This document shows, piece after piece, positions 63,241-64,000 of a stretch of 64,000 nt of DNA. The position numbers and the translations under genes are program-made. The stretch covers positions 10,821-74,820 of the forward strand of contig SFEL01000004.1 of assembly GCA_004557245.1 (NCBI GenBank). The letters are read 5' to 3'. Source of the DNA: Clostridiales bacterium. GTDB lineage: Bacteria; Bacillota; Clostridia; Christensenellales; CAG-138. Positions within the stretch are counted from its first letter, which is position 1; every line of letters begins with the position of its first letter. Below the pieces are notes generated by a model. It did no database searches. It was not told where the DNA came from and saw only the letters and a program-made list of their open reading frames with translations.

Positions 63241-63483
63241 TTATTCTTCCTTTTGCTCCTGATTGTTTATTGTTATTCTGGCGTTGGGAGTAACGGTGGA
63301 TATGGCGTGCTTGTATATCATCATCTGCTCATTTCCGACTTCTGCCGTCACGACAAAGCTGTCGTAACCTGTTATTATGGCGTTCTTTATCTGGTATCCG
63401 TTTGTGACGTGGATAGTCACGGGCACCTTTGCCTTGCGCGCGCTGTTCAAAAAAGCGTCCTGCAAATTCATTGGCTTATTCAT
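63241..63483 (-). CDS. hfq: RNA chaperone Hfq
   Basis: NLQDAFLNSARKAKVPVTIHVTNGYQIKNAIITGYDSFVV....MIYKHAISTV gives the Sm1/Sm2 motifs. It overlaps the miaA stop. Confidence 0.92.
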   Translation of the reverse strand: MNKPMNLQDAFLNSARKAKVPVTIHVTNGYQIKNAIITGYDSFVVTAEVGNEQMMIYKHAISTVTPNARITINNQEQKEE

Positions 63484-64000
63484 CTATCACATCTCCTGTA
63501 CATATGCGGCAAACCTCCTCGCCCAGAGCCCCTGCGCTTTCAAAGGTGCTTACGTCCAGCCATGTTATTCGCCTGTCGCGCCTGAACCAGGTAAGCTGGC
63601 GCTTGGCAAAGCGGCGTGTCTCATGCTTTATGGCTTCTATACCTTCAGATAGTGTGTATTCACCGTCGAATACCCTAAAAAGCTGCTTATACCCAAGGCC
63701 CTGAAGTGCGGGCAGGCTTCGGTCGTAATTCCTGTCGTATATCGCCCGCGCCTCTTCCACAAGGCCCTGCTCCAGCATAATATCCACCCGCCTGTTTATG
63801 CGGTCGTACAGCATTGCCCTCGGCATCGTCAGGCCTATCATAACTGGATTATACGGTATCTCCGCACCTGCCTTGTTTGAAAAGTCTCCGCCATGGGCAT
63901 CTATTGGCTTTCCAGTCAGTCTCAGCACCTCAAGTGCGCGTATTATGCGCTTTGTATCATTTGGGTGCAGCCGGGCAGCCGATTCCGGGTCTTCTTCCTG
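63476..64000 (-). CDS. miaA: tRNA dimethylallyltransferase MiaA, N-terminus outside window
   Basis: The frame stays open to the window edge: ...LHPNDTKRIIRALEVLRLTGKP...YAKRQLTWFRR-like C-terminus (FAKRQLTWFRR). Conserved miaA-hfq order. Confidence 0.9.
   Translation of the reverse strand, partial: QEEDPESAARLHPNDTKRIIRALEVLRLTGKPIDAHGGDFSNKAGAEIPYNPVMIGLTMPRAMLYDRINRRVDIMLEQGLVEEARAIYDRNYDRSLPALQGLGYKQLFRVFDGEYTLSEGIEAIKHETRRFAKRQLTWFRRDRRITWLDVSTFESAGALGEEVCRICTGDVIDE

Noticed and set aside
1-64000. CRISPR arrays, rRNA operons, prophage blocks or classic defence islands
   Set aside because: A visual scan found no regularly spaced direct repeats, no rRNA signatures and no clusters of restriction/modification, Cas, toxin-antitoxin or phage structural genes. 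The XRE regulator plus recombinase pair near lexA lacks any other phage or ICE genes.

Overview
This 64-kb window reads as chromosome from a Clostridia-class Firmicute. That placement is inferred from gene content and regulatory style: T-box and L-box leaders, an IspH-S1 fusion, a SCIFF locus, and ftsK-rimO-pgsA-cinA-recA-rny synteny. No search was run. GC looks moderately high by eye but was not computed.

The window is densely coding, with about 60 protein genes, 3 tRNAs and 1 IS element. Most of it is housekeeping:
- ruvB (5' partial), proS, lgt, pncB, galE-galK
- a five-gene Liv-type branched-chain amino-acid ABC operon
- zapA, a U32 peptidase, mutS2
- an OmpR/HK/HtrA module and an EF-G paralog
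- surE, cmk-plsC-ispH/S1, rnhA, arcC, lexA, hfq, miaA (partial)

The best signals are ones the ORF track does not show:
1. An unlisted 48-aa Cys-rich ORF (7615-7761) is a SCIFF-type RiPP precursor. It sits directly upstream of its radical-SAM/SPASM thioether maturase, separated by a hairpin. A PLP decarboxylase-fold gene overlaps the maturase stop.
2. A lysine (L-box) riboswitch with a terminator platform lies on the minus strand ahead of an NhaC-family transporter.
3. A T-box leader precedes proS.
4. A promoter, an Ile/Leu/Val-rich 68-aa ORF and an intrinsic terminator together form the only possible 5' leader of the liv operon.
5. A 721-aa HSL-type esterase fused to an HxxxDG acyltransferase-like domain is operonic with a zinc-ribbon membrane protein.
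6. A roughly 300-nt ORF-free nested-helix region lies between a zinc-ribbon ORF and galE.
7. An IS200-type tnpA element sits between rpsA and ftsK.
8. A candidate SOS box lies in the divergent lexA / acidic Cys-rich gene region, and a perfect 17-bp palindrome overlaps the promoter of a nearby tyrosine recombinase.

I saw no CRISPR array, no rRNA and no recognisable defence island. All family calls rest on motif recognition by eye. Start codons were chosen by RBS spacing and are approximate.
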